Shown here: positions 38,052 through 48,017 of the stretch, piece after piece
Layout of the letters: every line of letters starts with the position of its first letter
How positions within the stretch are numbered: the first letter of the stretch is position 1
Source: Nibricoccus sp.
GTDB lineage: Bacteria > Verrucomicrobiota > Verrucomicrobiia > Opitutales > Opitutaceae
Direction of reading: 5' to 3'
Assembly: GCA_047602425.1 (NCBI GenBank)
Contig: JASGHG010000001.1
Coordinates: 4,480,001-4,544,000, forward strand
DNA: 64,000 bases
The notes under the pieces: model-generated
The model's input: the letters and a program-made list of their open reading frames with translations, nothing else
What the model was told of the DNA's origin: nothing
The model's database searches: none
Translations under genes and position numbers: made by a program

Positions 38052-41000
38052 GAGGCGGTGGGCTTGCGTTGTTGGCGTAAAATTTCGAACTCCTTTTCCG
38101 CCCGGACAACCAGCGCGTTGATTCGGTCGAGTTGGTTGTTGTCGGCAAAACGTTCTATTTCGGCACAGATCGAAGAAAGCGCCGCGGCTTGGATATAGCT
38201 AGAGGTTCCTTTGAGGGAATGCGCAGCGCGTGCGAGTACAACTGAATTGGCTGATGCCAGGGAATCCCGCATTTGCGCGAGGCGTTGCGGCGCTTCCGCA
38301 AAGTACAATTCGGTGATGCGTTCGATGGCATCCGAGGGAAGCTGGGGTGGAGAGGGTGGTTGGGCTTCGGCTTCGTCGAGAATGGCCAGCAATTCGTCTT
38401 CGCTCAAACCGACTTCGCTCATGGGCGACTGGGTTTCAGCCGACGAGGCATAGACATGCCTGGAATGAATCGGCTTTTCGGGCGGCTGGAGGGCTACGCC
38501 CTGTTTTTCCAGATGTACGATGGTCCTTTCCAGCGCGGCATGGAGTTCGTCTTCGCGGAGGGGCTTGATGAGGTAGTCATTCATGCCGGCCGCAAGGCAG
38601 CGCTCTCGATATCCGGAAGCGGCGTTGGCGGTGTTGGCGATGATGTAAACTTGGTGATCGAGGACGGTTGAGGCTGGATTGCGAATACATTGGGTCGCTT
38701 GGAACCCGTCCATCACCGGCATGCGATTGTCCATGAGCACGACATCGGCTCGATTGCAGGCGAGCCAATCGACGGCTTTTTGGCCATCGTCGACGAATTC
38801 GATGGAATGTCCCATCTGAATTACGAGGAATTCCACGGCGACCTGATTGGTGAGATCGTCCTCCGCACAGAGAATATGCAGGCGGGCGCGGTGACGGGGG
38901 AGACTTGAGATGGGTGCAATGGTACCTCGAACGGCCGCGAGATCTTCGTTCGTGCCGACACCAACCGACGCGGTAAAAGTAAAGATGGTGCTGATTCCCG
39001 GCGTACTCTTCACCTGGACGTCGCCACGCATGAGCTCCGCCAGGTTCTTTACTATGGAAAGACCAAGGCCGGTGCCACCGAAGCGTCGGGTGGTGGAAAT
39101 GTCTCCTTGCTCAAAACGGCTGAAAAGGCATGCGAGCTTTTCCTTTTCGATCCCAATGCCTGTATCGATCACTTCAATACGCAGTTCCGCCCGGCCTTCC
39201 GCAGCGGGTGCAATGGAGATTTCGGTTTTTATGCTGCCATTCTCGGTGAACTTCAGGGCATTGCTGAGGAGATTGGCGAGAACTTGGCGCAGGCGAGTTG
39301 GATCGCCGTGGAGGGCGGGCGGAAGATCGGGCGCAAGCGTCCAAGTAAATGTGAGCCCCTTTGCTTCGGCACGCACACGCATGGGTTCAAGCACGCGTCC
39401 GAATTCCAGGACAGGATCGAAGGCGATAGTTTCGAGCGAGAGTTTTCCTGCCTCGACCTTGGCGGTGTCCAGAATGTCATCGAGCATGCCCAGGAGATTT
39501 TCTGCATTTTCCTTCGCAAGATCAGTATAAAGCTGCTGGTCGGGCTCCATCGGATATTTCCGCAGGACATTGAGCATGCCGATGACACCGCTCAAAGGCG
39601 TGCGGATTTCATGGCTCATAACGGCGAGGAACTCGCTTTTGGTTCGGTTTGCAGCCTCGGCCGCATCCTTGGCTGTGAGCAGTTCCTTTTCGGTTTGCTT
39701 GAGATCGCTGATATCGACGCCGATCGAGACGAGGCTGCGCAAGTTGCGTTGGTCGTCGAGTGTGGGAGTCAGGGCGACGCGCCAGATGATCGTCTGGCCG
39801 TCAGGTCTGTGGTACTCGGATTCGAAGGCTGTAGACTGTCCCTTGAGCGTGGAATCGAACGACTTCGCGACCAACTCGCGTGTGTGGACAGGCCAGATTG
39901 AAAGGTAATGCTGGCCGATGATCTCGTCGCGCCGGCGATCCAGGGCATTGAGGCCATTTTGATTGATGGCGGTACAGCGCCCTTGGGGGTCAAACATCTG
40001 AACGCAATTGGGCGAACCTTCCACAAGCGTACTCGTGCGTTGTTCCGAGACGGTCAGCCGGGCGAGGCTTTCGTGGATGCGATCTTGGGCATAGAAATAG
40101 GTTATTAACAGCAACGTGATGATAAGCGTAATGAGCAAGGCAGGCAGGCGACCCGCTTTTAGCGCGGCAGACCAGTGCGCTGCGGAGATGTCGGCATCGG
40201 CCGTGACCCACGCATTATCGGGACCGATCGCGCCGAGCGGAACGGAAGCGGAAATCCAAGTCCCCCAATGATCGGTGAGCGGACCAAGAACAAAGGCCTG
40301 ATGTTTCGCCGCTTCGTGAAGGTAGTTTTCTTCGGCATCGTCGTAATGTTGTCCGGGTGGCGAATAGTCGGGCGAATCTGGCGCCTCGGAATCGACGAGA
40401 AAATAGGCCTCCCCCTTTCGCAGTCCCGTGAGCATGAGAAAGCGTATGTCCGGGTTCGCTTTGGCCTGCGCCATCATGCGTTGCTTGATCTCTTGATAGC
40501 GAGGGTTGTTGAGATCGGTGTGATTCCACTGAAAAGTTGCGACATACTCAGGAGGGATCGACGCAGCGAGCAGGCGAGTGCGGAGCAGGATGTCGTTGCG
40601 CATGCTCTCGTCCTTCAAACGCATGGCATGGTCGGAAGAAAACCAACCGGCAGCGACAATAAGCAGGAGAATGCCGGATTGCACCTGCCGCTTGTGCGCC
40701 CAGGTCCGTCTCGTGTGATCGCCGAGACGGAGATGATGTTGCAGCGAGTAGTGGCAACCCAGGGTCCAGCAAGCGAAAATGGCCAGAACGATCCCAACGA
40801 GTGCAGTAGCCAGCGACAACCAGGTTTGTCGGCCGGGATCCTGGGCCGAGGCGAAATTCGTCAAACCGGTACAACCAATGACTAAAGCATAAAAACCGAA
40901 GGCAAAGGCGCATCGCTGGAGGCGAACCGCTTCAACCTTTTGGCGCGTACCCCGGGAGCGGGCGATGAATGCCAGACCGGCAATGAGGCCGCTCAACAGG

Positions 41001-41392
41001 CCGAGCACCGGCATGTACCAGTCCGCGAAATCGCGGCCAAACCGTATGATACCGACAACGAGCAGCGCGGCTGGTCCCATATGCACCCAGTTGTTCAGTC
41101 TGAGGAGACCCATCCCGTAGAGTTTTTTCCGTGCGAACTGGACCAGGCAGAAAAAAGAACCGGCGAGCAACATGACGCGGACGGCGTACAGCACCCGGTT
41201 GTCACCCAGATCGAACGTGATCGCGTTCAGCCACACAAAGGCGGCTTGGGACGCACCGAAAAGCGCGAGCCACGACCAACCCCGGCGATTTTCCAAATGA
41301 AACAAACCCCATGATGAGCCCGCAATGAGCGCCAGTGCGACCCCGTGCAAAAAATAGATGTAGTCCAGTCTGAGTTCGAAAAAACCAATCAT
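38048..41392 (-). CDS. Membrane hybrid histidine kinase (multi-TM, periplasmic sensor, PAS, HisKA, HATPase, REC, Hpt)
   Basis: SHEIRTPL, NLLSNALKFT, GGTGLGL, MDNRMP and AHSLKG motifs. Confidence 0.93.
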   Translation of the reverse strand: MIGFFELRLDYIYFLHGVALALIAGSSWGLFHLENRRGWSWLALFGASQAAFVWLNAITFDLGDNRVLYAVRVMLLAGSFFCLVQFARKKLYGMGLLRLNNWVHMGPAALLVVGIIRFGRDFADWYMPVLGLLSGLIAGLAFIARSRGTRQKVEAVRLQRCAFAFGFYALVIGCTGLTNFASAQDPGRQTWLSLATALVGIVLAIFACWTLGCHYSLQHHLRLGDHTRRTWAHKRQVQSGILLLIVAAGWFSSDHAMRLKDESMRNDILLRTRLLAASIPPEYVATFQWNHTDLNNPRYQEIKQRMMAQAKANPDIRFLMLTGLRKGEAYFLVDSEAPDSPDYSPPGQHYDDAEENYLHEAAKHQAFVLGPLTDHWGTWISASVPLGAIGPDNAWVTADADISAAHWSAALKAGRLPALLITLIITLLLITYFYAQDRIHESLARLTVSEQRTSTLVEGSPNCVQMFDPQGRCTAINQNGLNALDRRRDEIIGQHYLSIWPVHTRELVAKSFDSTLKGQSTAFESEYHRPDGQTIIWRVALTPTLDDQRNLRSLVSIGVDISDLKQTEKELLTAKDAAEAANRTKSEFLAVMSHEIRTPLSGVIGMLNVLRKYPMEPDQQLYTDLAKENAENLLGMLDDILDTAKVEAGKLSLETIAFDPVLEFGRVLEPMRVRAEAKGLTFTWTLAPDLPPALHGDPTRLRQVLANLLSNALKFTENGSIKTEISIAPAAEGRAELRIEVIDTGIGIEKEKLACLFSRFEQGDISTTRRFGGTGLGLSIVKNLAELMRGDVQVKSTPGISTIFTFTASVGVGTNEDLAAVRGTIAPISSLPRHRARLHILCAEDDLTNQVAVEFLVIQMGHSIEFVDDGQKAVDWLACNRADVVLMDNRMPVMDGFQATQCIRNPASTVLDHQVYIIANTANAASGYRERCLAAGMNDYLIKPLREDELHAALERTIVHLEKQGVALQPPEKPIHSRHVYASSAETQSPMSEVGLSEDELLAILDEAEAQPPSPPQLPSDAIERITELYFAEAPQRLAQMRDSLASANSVVLARAAHSLKGTSSYIQAAALSSICAEIERFADNNQLDRINALVVRAEKEFEILRQQRKPTAS

Positions 41393-41561
41393 GGCAACGA
41401 GTCCGCAACAGGCTGCTGCATGGATACGCAACCTATGATGGGCTCGTGATTTCCTACAACGGCGCAAGCTGCGGTAAAGTTGAGCCGAATGACGTTCGGC
41501 CGCGCATGATCAATATTATAATACCCCCGATTAACCGCTCTCCAACCCCTTGTCTAAAAAC

Positions 41562-41588
41562 AAAAAGCCCGCTCGGTCATGAGCGGGC
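41562..41588 (-). terminator. Intrinsic terminator of the pdh operon
   Basis: A5-GCCCGCTC-loop-GAGCGGGC. Confidence 0.8.
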
Positions 41589-41614
41589 CGGAAAAAATAC
41601 GAGAGGATTTGCCC

Positions 41615-42919
41615 TCAGATCAAAAGGAGGGCCGGAGCCTCCAAAAGCTGTTTGAGCGCAGCGAGGAACTGGGCGCCGACGGCACCGTCGACCACGCGAT
41701 GATCGACCGAAAGGGTCAGCATCATGGTTTGGCCGATAACAATCTGGTCGTTTTTTACGACGGGCTTTTTTACCGTGGTGCCGACCGCGAGGATCGCGGC
41801 ATTGGGCGGATTGATAATGGCATTGAAACTTTCGATGCCCATCATGCCGAGATTGGAGACGCAGAACGTGCCGCCGGTGTAGTCGTTGGGCGCAAGTTTC
41901 TTGTCCTTGGCGCGCTTGGCGAGGTTTTTGGCCTCGTCGCTGATTGCGAAGACGGTTTTGAGATGCGCGTCGCGAACGACTGGCGTGATCAAACCATCTT
42001 CTATCGCCACGGCGAATGAGACGTGGGCAGCGCTATGGTGGCGGATGGCGGTGTTTTCCCACGAGCAATTGACCGCAGGCACCCGGCGGAGCGCCTCGGC
42101 GCTGGCCTTGAGAATGAAATCGTTGACGGAGAGTTTGACGCCGGATTTTTCGAGCGCGGTGTTGAGCTGGGCGCGGATTTCGAGAAGCGGGCCCGCGTCG
42201 ACTTCAATGTTGAGGTAGAAATGCGGAAGCTGCGTCTTCGATTCGACGAGGCGGCGGGCAATGGTGCCGCGCATGTTCGAGACAGGTATGGTTTTCTCTT
42301 CTTGAATCGGGCCTTTCGCGAACGAACTGGCGGACGGCGCGAATGACGCGCCGCCAGTCTGAAGTTTGGAAGTTGAAGTTTGAAGTTTGCCGCCGGTTGC
42401 AGCGGCGATTACGTCGGCGCGGACGATGCGGCCGCTCGGGCCGGAGCCCTGGATGGCGGCGGGATCGATGCCTTTTTCTGCCGCGAGTTTTTTCGCGAGC
42501 GGGGAAATTTTCACCCGCTGGCCGGGAGCCGAAGTGACCTCAGGATGAACGGCGGGAACCGCAGCCGGGGTTGGGGCGGGCAGGTGAGCGGGCGCTGGCG
42601 TAGAGGTGGTGGCTGGTTTGGGTTCGTCTTTGAAAACGGGTTTGGGCGCGCTGGGCGCGGGCACATCGGGGACGACTTCACCGGCTTTGCCGATCGCGCA
42701 AAGCGGAGCGCCGATGGCGACTTGTGAGCCGGCGGGGGCGTAGATTTTCAGGACGACGCCGTCGAAGAAGCATTCCAACTCCATCGTGGCTTTGTCGGTT
42801 TCGACCTCGGCGAGCATTGTGCCGCTTTTGACGGCGTCGCCTTCTTTTTTAAGCCATTTGACCAGCGTGCCCACGGTCATGGTGTCGCTGAGTTTGGGCA
42901 TGTCGATGATTTGAGCCAT
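41615..42919 (-). CDS. pdhC: Pyruvate dehydrogenase E2 dihydrolipoamide acetyltransferase
   Basis: Lipoyl motif ETDKA, E3-binding GSGPSGRI, DHRVVDG. Confidence 0.95.
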   Translation of the reverse strand: MAQIIDMPKLSDTMTVGTLVKWLKKEGDAVKSGTMLAEVETDKATMELECFFDGVVLKIYAPAGSQVAIGAPLCAIGKAGEVVPDVPAPSAPKPVFKDEPKPATTSTPAPAHLPAPTPAAVPAVHPEVTSAPGQRVKISPLAKKLAAEKGIDPAAIQGSGPSGRIVRADVIAAATGGKLQTSTSKLQTGGASFAPSASSFAKGPIQEEKTIPVSNMRGTIARRLVESKTQLPHFYLNIEVDAGPLLEIRAQLNTALEKSGVKLSVNDFILKASAEALRRVPAVNCSWENTAIRHHSAAHVSFAVAIEDGLITPVVRDAHLKTVFAISDEAKNLAKRAKDKKLAPNDYTGGTFCVSNLGMMGIESFNAIINPPNAAILAVGTTVKKPVVKNDQIVIGQTMMLTLSVDHRVVDGAVGAQFLAALKQLLEAPALLLI

Positions 42920-42923
42920 GGGA

Positions 42924-43010
42924 TGAAAAATGAAGAATCTAGAATTAAGAATGTAGAATTAGAAATGCGAGTACGTAGAAGCGGTTTTGGAATTCTACAT
43001 TCTGCATTCC
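42924..43010. repeat. Inverted heptamer array (nnAGAAT / ATTCTnn)
   Basis: GAAGAAT CTAGAAT TAAGAAT GTAGAAT ... ATTCTAC ATTCTGC ATTCC. Confidence 0.8.
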
Positions 43011-43026
43011 AAGCTAGCGCGAGGGG

Positions 43027-44004
43027 TTACGCGAGTGCTTCGAGGGCGGCCTTGATCACACGTGTGGGGTTGGGGAGTTGTTCGATCTCAACGGGTGGGC
43101 TGTAGATCGCTGGCGAATCGACCGTGGTGAGGCGGTGGATTGGAGCATCGAGTTCGTCGAAGGCTTCGCGCTGGATCATATAGGCGAGTTGCGAACCGAC
43201 GCTGGCGAAAGGTTTTTGTTCTTCGACGATCAACACGCGATGCGTTTTGGCGACGGAGGCGAGGACCGTATCGATGTCGAGCGGGCGAATCGTGCGGAGG
43301 TCGACGATCTCGACCGAACGCTTGTGTTCTTTTTCGAGAACTTCGGCAGCCTTGAGCGAGTGGATGACCGAGCGGCCATAAGTGACAATGGTGAGGTCGG
43401 TGCCTTCGCGTTTCACGTCGGCCTTGCCGAGCGGGATGAGATATTCTTCGGTCGGGACTTCGCCTTTGTCGCCGTAGAGGATGGTGTTCTCCAGGAACAT
43501 CACCGGGTCGTTGTCGCGGATGGCGGTCTTGAGCAGGCCCTTCGCGTCGTACGGTGTGGCGGGTACGACGACCTTCACGCCGGGATGATTGGCGAGGACG
43601 TTTTCAGGCGTGTGCGAGTGCGTGGCACCGACGTTGGTGCCACCGTTGGCCGGTCCGCGGATGACGATCGGAACGTTGATCTGGCCGCCGGACATGTAAC
43701 GGACGTTGGCGGCGTTGTTCAGGATCTGGTCGAACGCAACCGAGTAAAAGGACCAAAACATGAGCTCCATCACGGGGCGCACGCCGAGCATCGAGGCGCC
43801 GACGCCCATGCCGATGAAACCGGCTTCAGAAATGGGCGTATCGACGATGCGCTTGGGGCCGAATTTGGCGAGCAGGCCCTCGGTGACTTTGTAGGCGCCG
43901 TTGAACTGGGCGACTTCCTCGCCCATGACGACGACGTTGGGATCGCGCTCGAGTTCCTCGGAGAGGGCGTGACGGATGGCTTCGCGGTAAGTGATGACGG
44001 GCAT
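43027..44004 (-). CDS. pdhB: Pyruvate dehydrogenase E1 beta subunit
   Basis: GEEV, GAYKVT, DTPISEAG and DLRTIRPLD motifs. Confidence 0.95.
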   Translation of the reverse strand: MPVITYREAIRHALSEELERDPNVVVMGEEVAQFNGAYKVTEGLLAKFGPKRIVDTPISEAGFIGMGVGASMLGVRPVMELMFWSFYSVAFDQILNNAANVRYMSGGQINVPIVIRGPANGGTNVGATHSHTPENVLANHPGVKVVVPATPYDAKGLLKTAIRDNDPVMFLENTILYGDKGEVPTEEYLIPLGKADVKREGTDLTIVTYGRSVIHSLKAAEVLEKEHKRSVEIVDLRTIRPLDIDTVLASVAKTHRVLIVEEQKPFASVGSQLAYMIQREAFDELDAPIHRLTTVDSPAIYSPPVEIEQLPNPTRVIKAALEALA

Positions 44005-44019
44005 CGGTGGAAGAAAAAG

Positions 44020-44115
44020 GTGATGTGTTATTGGTGATGGGTGACAGGTGGGAGGCGATGGGTAATAGATGATAGGTAATGGGAACCTATAACCTGTTAC
44101 CGATGACCCATGACC
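44020..44115. repeat. Inverted heptamer array (GTRATRG / CCnnTRA)
   Basis: GTGATGG GTGACAG GTGGGAG GCGATGG GTAATAG ATGATAG GTAATGG ... CCTATAA CCTGTTA CCGATGA CCCATGA. Confidence 0.8.
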
Positions 44116-45222
44116 TTATTTATCGAAGAAGATTCGGCCTCCGGAGGTTTTCTTGTCGGGATTGTCGACTTCCCAATAGACGTCTTTTTGGAGGTCTTCG
44201 GTGGTTGGGAACGGGCTGGCCTCCGCGAAATCCGCGGCCTGGTCGGCTTCGGCGCGGGCTTCCTGGTCGATTTGCTCGGCGAGGGCCTCGGTGAGAACGC
44301 CGGCCTTGATCAACGTTTGTTGGAAAAGATTAATGGGATCCTTTGTACGCTGGTAGTCCTCGATTTCGTCGCGCGTGCGGTAGGTTTTGTCCGGATCGGC
44401 GACGGAGTGGCCGCGGTAACGGTACGTGTCGATTTCGACGATACTCGGCTTCGATTGCTCGCGGGCGAGCGTGAGGAATTTATCCATCGTGGCGCGCACG
44501 TCGTAGAGATCGTGGCCATTGCAAGTGCCCCAAGCCATGCCGTAGGCGCGACCGCGTTCGGCGAGGCCGAAGCCCGCGGAGGAGCGTTCCTGGCTCGTGC
44601 CCATCGAGTAGCCGTTGTTTTCAATCACGAAAACGCAGGGCAAATCCCAGAGCGCGGCGAGATTATAGGACTCGTGCACGGCACCTTGGTTGACCGCGCC
44701 GTCGCCCATGAACGCCATGGCGGAACCTTTCTGGCCTTTGTACTTCACGCCATAGGCGAGACCGAGACCGAGCGGGATCTGGCCGCCGACGATGCCATGG
44801 CCGCCCCAAAAATTACGCGAAGGATCGAAGTAATGCATCGAACCGCCCTTGCCCTTTGAGCAACCAGTGACCTTGCCATAGACTTCGGCCATGAGCGGCT
44901 TGGTGTCCATGCCGACGGCGATGGCGTGGCCATGATCGCGGTAGGCCGTGATGACATGATCGTGCGGCCCCATCAATGAGCAGCAACCGACGGCGACAGC
45001 TTCCTGTCCGATATAAAGATGGAGGAAACCGCCAATTTTTTTGGCCTGATAAGCGCGCAAACTGCGTTCTTCGAAACGGCGAATGCGGACCATCTTGCGA
45101 TAAAGTTCGATGCGCTCCTCGGGCTTGAGGTTGGCATTGATGGGAGCCAAATGGCTCTGCTCAGTGCCGGAGGCGGGCGGTTCGGCTTTTTTGTTGGGAG
45201 TGGCGGAGGGTTTTGTACTCAC
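44116..45222 (-). CDS. pdhA: Pyruvate dehydrogenase E1 alpha subunit
   Basis: GFLHLYIGQEA, GKGGSMH, GDGA...NN and YRYRGHS motifs. GTG start. Confidence 0.95.
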   Translation of the reverse strand: MSTKPSATPNKKAEPPASGTEQSHLAPINANLKPEERIELYRKMVRIRRFEERSLRAYQAKKIGGFLHLYIGQEAVAVGCCSLMGPHDHVITAYRDHGHAIAVGMDTKPLMAEVYGKVTGCSKGKGGSMHYFDPSRNFWGGHGIVGGQIPLGLGLAYGVKYKGQKGSAMAFMGDGAVNQGAVHESYNLAALWDLPCVFVIENNGYSMGTSQERSSAGFGLAERGRAYGMAWGTCNGHDLYDVRATMDKFLTLAREQSKPSIVEIDTYRYRGHSVADPDKTYRTRDEIEDYQRTKDPINLFQQTLIKAGVLTEALAEQIDQEARAEADQAADFAEASPFPTTEDLQKDVYWEVDNPDKKTSGGRIFFDK

Positions 45223-45337
45223 GAGAAAATTGTTCGGCGAAGGGGCTTATTTTTTACCGAAACCCTTCGAGATCAAGATCGAGCTCCCAACTAGTAATTC
45301 TGCTCACGTGGAAAACGCGAGCGCAGTTTTATCGCTA

Positions 45338-45868
45338 CTACCGGAGCTTGGCGTCATCGGAAGGACGCGGTGTGACTTCTTCTATTTCAACTAGTAGCGG
45401 ACTTCCGGGCCTGCAATCGGCTCGCAGCGCCACGAAATGATCGCGATGGTATTTGTCGTAGATCGGCCAGAGTGCGGTGCGATCGGTCTCGGGTAGCGAA
45501 AGTGTATCCACCGCGGCACGACTGAAAAAGCCAAAGTGTCCCTCATCGATCGTCGGTGGAAGATGGGGAATGGGTTTTGTGCACTGAAACAGAAACAACA
45601 ACCAGTGACTCTGTCCCTCGTAGGCCTTTTCGGAAATCATGCCAAAGAGATGCAGGTCGCTCGCGACGATTTTGAAGCCGGCTTCCTCCTCGGTTTCGCG
45701 CACGGCACATTCGAACGGCGATTCGCCGATTCCTGTTTCAACTTTTCCACCGATAGGGCTCCAGTTTCCCAAATTCGGCATCTTCGCGCGCCGGATGAGC
45801 AGCTGCTCGCCTGCGGCATTTTCAATAAAAACGAGAACGGCGAGTTTGTGCGAAAGGACGGTGCTCAT
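45338..45868 (-). CDS. NUDIX hydrolase
   Basis: Nudix box GGKVETGIGESPFECAVRETEEEAG. Confidence 0.9.
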   Translation of the reverse strand: MSTVLSHKLAVLVFIENAAGEQLLIRRAKMPNLGNWSPIGGKVETGIGESPFECAVRETEEEAGFKIVASDLHLFGMISEKAYEGQSHWLLFLFQCTKPIPHLPPTIDEGHFGFFSRAAVDTLSLPETDRTALWPIYDKYHRDHFVALRADCRPGSPLLVEIEEVTPRPSDDAKLR

Positions 45869-45920
45869 GAGTGGTACCCAGCAGAAACGCCCTTCGCGAA
45901 AATCTCAACATTCACATCCG

Positions 45921-46370
45921 TCATTTCGGCGATTGGCGATACGCCGTTTCGCTCGATATTTGAACGACACCGTTCTTTCGGAGAATCTCCAAAACCTCGA
46001 TTGAAGTTTTATAGTTCGTGCTGCCGCTGTCCTGGAGCAACACTTTGGTTGTTGGCCCAACAATATTCGGAGCCTGTTTTTCGAATTCGGAAACGCTCAT
46101 CGTCTTGCCGTCCATCGACACGCGGTCGGCTTGTATTTCGATAGTGAGGCTGGATCCGTCTTTCCCGGGATTTTGTGGAGGGGGAATGTCGACCGAGACG
46201 GATTGAACTTTGTTCAAAGACGCTGCGAAACTTTCCACAAAGGATTTCATAAACGCATCGTCGATTACGATGGGTTTCCCGGCCGAACGCTGTCGGACGA
46301 GAAGCGCAACGATGACGATTTGCAGGAGAAAAATTCCTGCTAGCAGCCAAGTGTTGAGCTTGTTGCTCAT
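45921..46370 (-). CDS. ExbD/TolR-like protein
   Basis: N-terminal TM, VSVDIP, and C-terminal YKTSIEVLEILRKNGVVQIS resembling the ExbD periplasmic domain. Confidence 0.65.
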   Translation of the reverse strand: MSNKLNTWLLAGIFLLQIVIVALLVRQRSAGKPIVIDDAFMKSFVESFAASLNKVQSVSVDIPPPQNPGKDGSSLTIEIQADRVSMDGKTMSVSEFEKQAPNIVGPTTKVLLQDSGSTNYKTSIEVLEILRKNGVVQISSETAYRQSPK

Positions 46371-46380
46371 GGTATAAGCT

Positions 46381-46902
46381 TTAAAGCTTCGGCGACTCTG
46401 AGGGCGACGGCGCGATCGGGGCGGTGCCGCTGTTTTCAGCTGGGGCCAATTGAGCCTCTTGCAACGCCGTGCGCAGGCCGATGGCGCCTTTCACAATATA
46501 GAAGAGCGCGAGGCCATGGAACGCGACAGACATGAAGTCGCCAAAATAAAGATAGATCAACGCGTCGCCGGCATAAACCACTGCTCCGACGATAAAGGCC
46601 CAAAAATGCCCGCGCAGCGAAAGGAGGCCCATCAGAAAAAAGAATCCGAGCGCCACCGCATCAATGGCGAAGGCGATGGCTTTTACCGATTGGAACAACG
46701 CGTCGGCCATCAGCGTGAGTCCGAGACCTACTACAAAGCTGGTGTCGCTGCCACTGTGAATCAGCACGGTATTCACGAGCGAAAGACCGGCGATCCACCA
46801 GAACCATTTTGCGCCATTTGCGACACCGGGCGTGGTTTCGACGGCGACCTTTTTGTCTTCGGCGGTCAATTGCTGGGGCTGGACGAAGGGACTTTCGGGC
46901 AT
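46381..46902 (-). CDS. Hypothetical membrane protein
   Basis: 4-5 TM segments, GAKWFWWIAGLSLVN. Confidence 0.75.
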   Translation of the reverse strand: MPESPFVQPQQLTAEDKKVAVETTPGVANGAKWFWWIAGLSLVNTVLIHSGSDTSFVVGLGLTLMADALFQSVKAIAFAIDAVALGFFFLMGLLSLRGHFWAFIVGAVVYAGDALIYLYFGDFMSVAFHGLALFYIVKGAIGLRTALQEAQLAPAENSGTAPIAPSPSESPKL

Positions 46903-47059
46903 GGGGATGGGCGGGTTGAGTTGGAGTAGCGGCGCTTGCCGCGAATGTCGCAAAGAAATTGGTTCGGCTTTCACTTGTCGAGCCGATAGCTCAGCCGAAC
47001 CGGTAAGAATATTGTCATTTCGAGTTTGCGCCGGGCTGCGGCTGGGGTTCGCTGGGCGC

Positions 47060-47947
47060 ATGGCAAAATGGCTTTTGGTCGACGGCTTCAATCTCGCGTA
47101 TCGTTGCTTCTATGCGATTCCTGAGCTTACGCGCGCAGACGGTTTTCCCACCAATGCACTGCACGGCTGGGTGAAGTCGCTGTGGAAATTTGAGGATCAG
47201 GAAAAGCCCGCCGCCACGCTCGTCTTTTTCGATCTCGGTGGCGCGCAGGACAAACTTGCGTTGCATCCCGAATACAAGGCCCACCGGGAAGACATGCCCG
47301 AGGCGCTCGTGAAACAATTGCCGTACGTAAAACTGCTCACGCGCGCGATGGGGCTTGTCGGTATCGAACAGGACGGCGTTGAGTCTGACGACTTGCTGGC
47401 CGCCCAAGCTGTGGCGCTCGCGAAGCTCGGCCACGAGGTGTTGATCGTGAGCGCAGACAAAGACTTTGCCCAGATCGTCGGCGGGGGCGTTAAAATTCTT
47501 CTACCACCCCCCACCGCTAATCCGAAGCTGGGCTGGCGCGTCATGGATGCAGCTGGCGTCCAGGAAAAGTTCGGTGTGCCACCCGCGCAGATCGCGGACT
47601 ACCTGGCGCTCGTCGGCGACACCTCGGACAATATTCCCGGGGTAAACGGCGTCGGGCCAAAGACCGCGTCGAAGTGGCTGCAGCAATACGGCTCGCTCGA
47701 AGGCGTGATCGCGCACGCGGGCGAATTGAAGCCCGAACGTTTTCAAGAGGCCGTCCGAAACCAGACCGAAGGCCTAAGACGCAATCTGAAGCTCACCACG
47801 CTCAATCTTTCGCTGCCCACAGTCTCGGCCGAAAAGCCCGCGATGGAAGCGAAGGAACTCTTCCGCCTTCTCGGCGAATTGGAGATGAAAGGCTGCCTCG
47901 CCGAAGCCCAACGCCGCTATGGTTTGGGGCAAGGGGAGTTGTTTTGA
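47060..47947 (+). CDS. Stand-alone 5'-3' exonuclease (PolA N-terminal/FEN-like)
   Basis: LVDG, YKAHR, ESDD, SADKD and GDTSDNIPGVNGVGPKTA motifs. No polymerase domain. Confidence 0.92.
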   Translation: MAKWLLVDGFNLAYRCFYAIPELTRADGFPTNALHGWVKSLWKFEDQEKPAATLVFFDLGGAQDKLALHPEYKAHREDMPEALVKQLPYVKLLTRAMGLVGIEQDGVESDDLLAAQAVALAKLGHEVLIVSADKDFAQIVGGGVKILLPPPTANPKLGWRVMDAAGVQEKFGVPPAQIADYLALVGDTSDNIPGVNGVGPKTASKWLQQYGSLEGVIAHAGELKPERFQEAVRNQTEGLRRNLKLTTLNLSLPTVSAEKPAMEAKELFRLLGELEMKGCLAEAQRRYGLGQGELF

Positions 47948-48017
47948 GGTTTTACTCGCTAATGAACCTTCACAGGTCCGTTCGTAGCCGGTGTGGCGGA
48001 TACAGGTGTAGGCGTTA

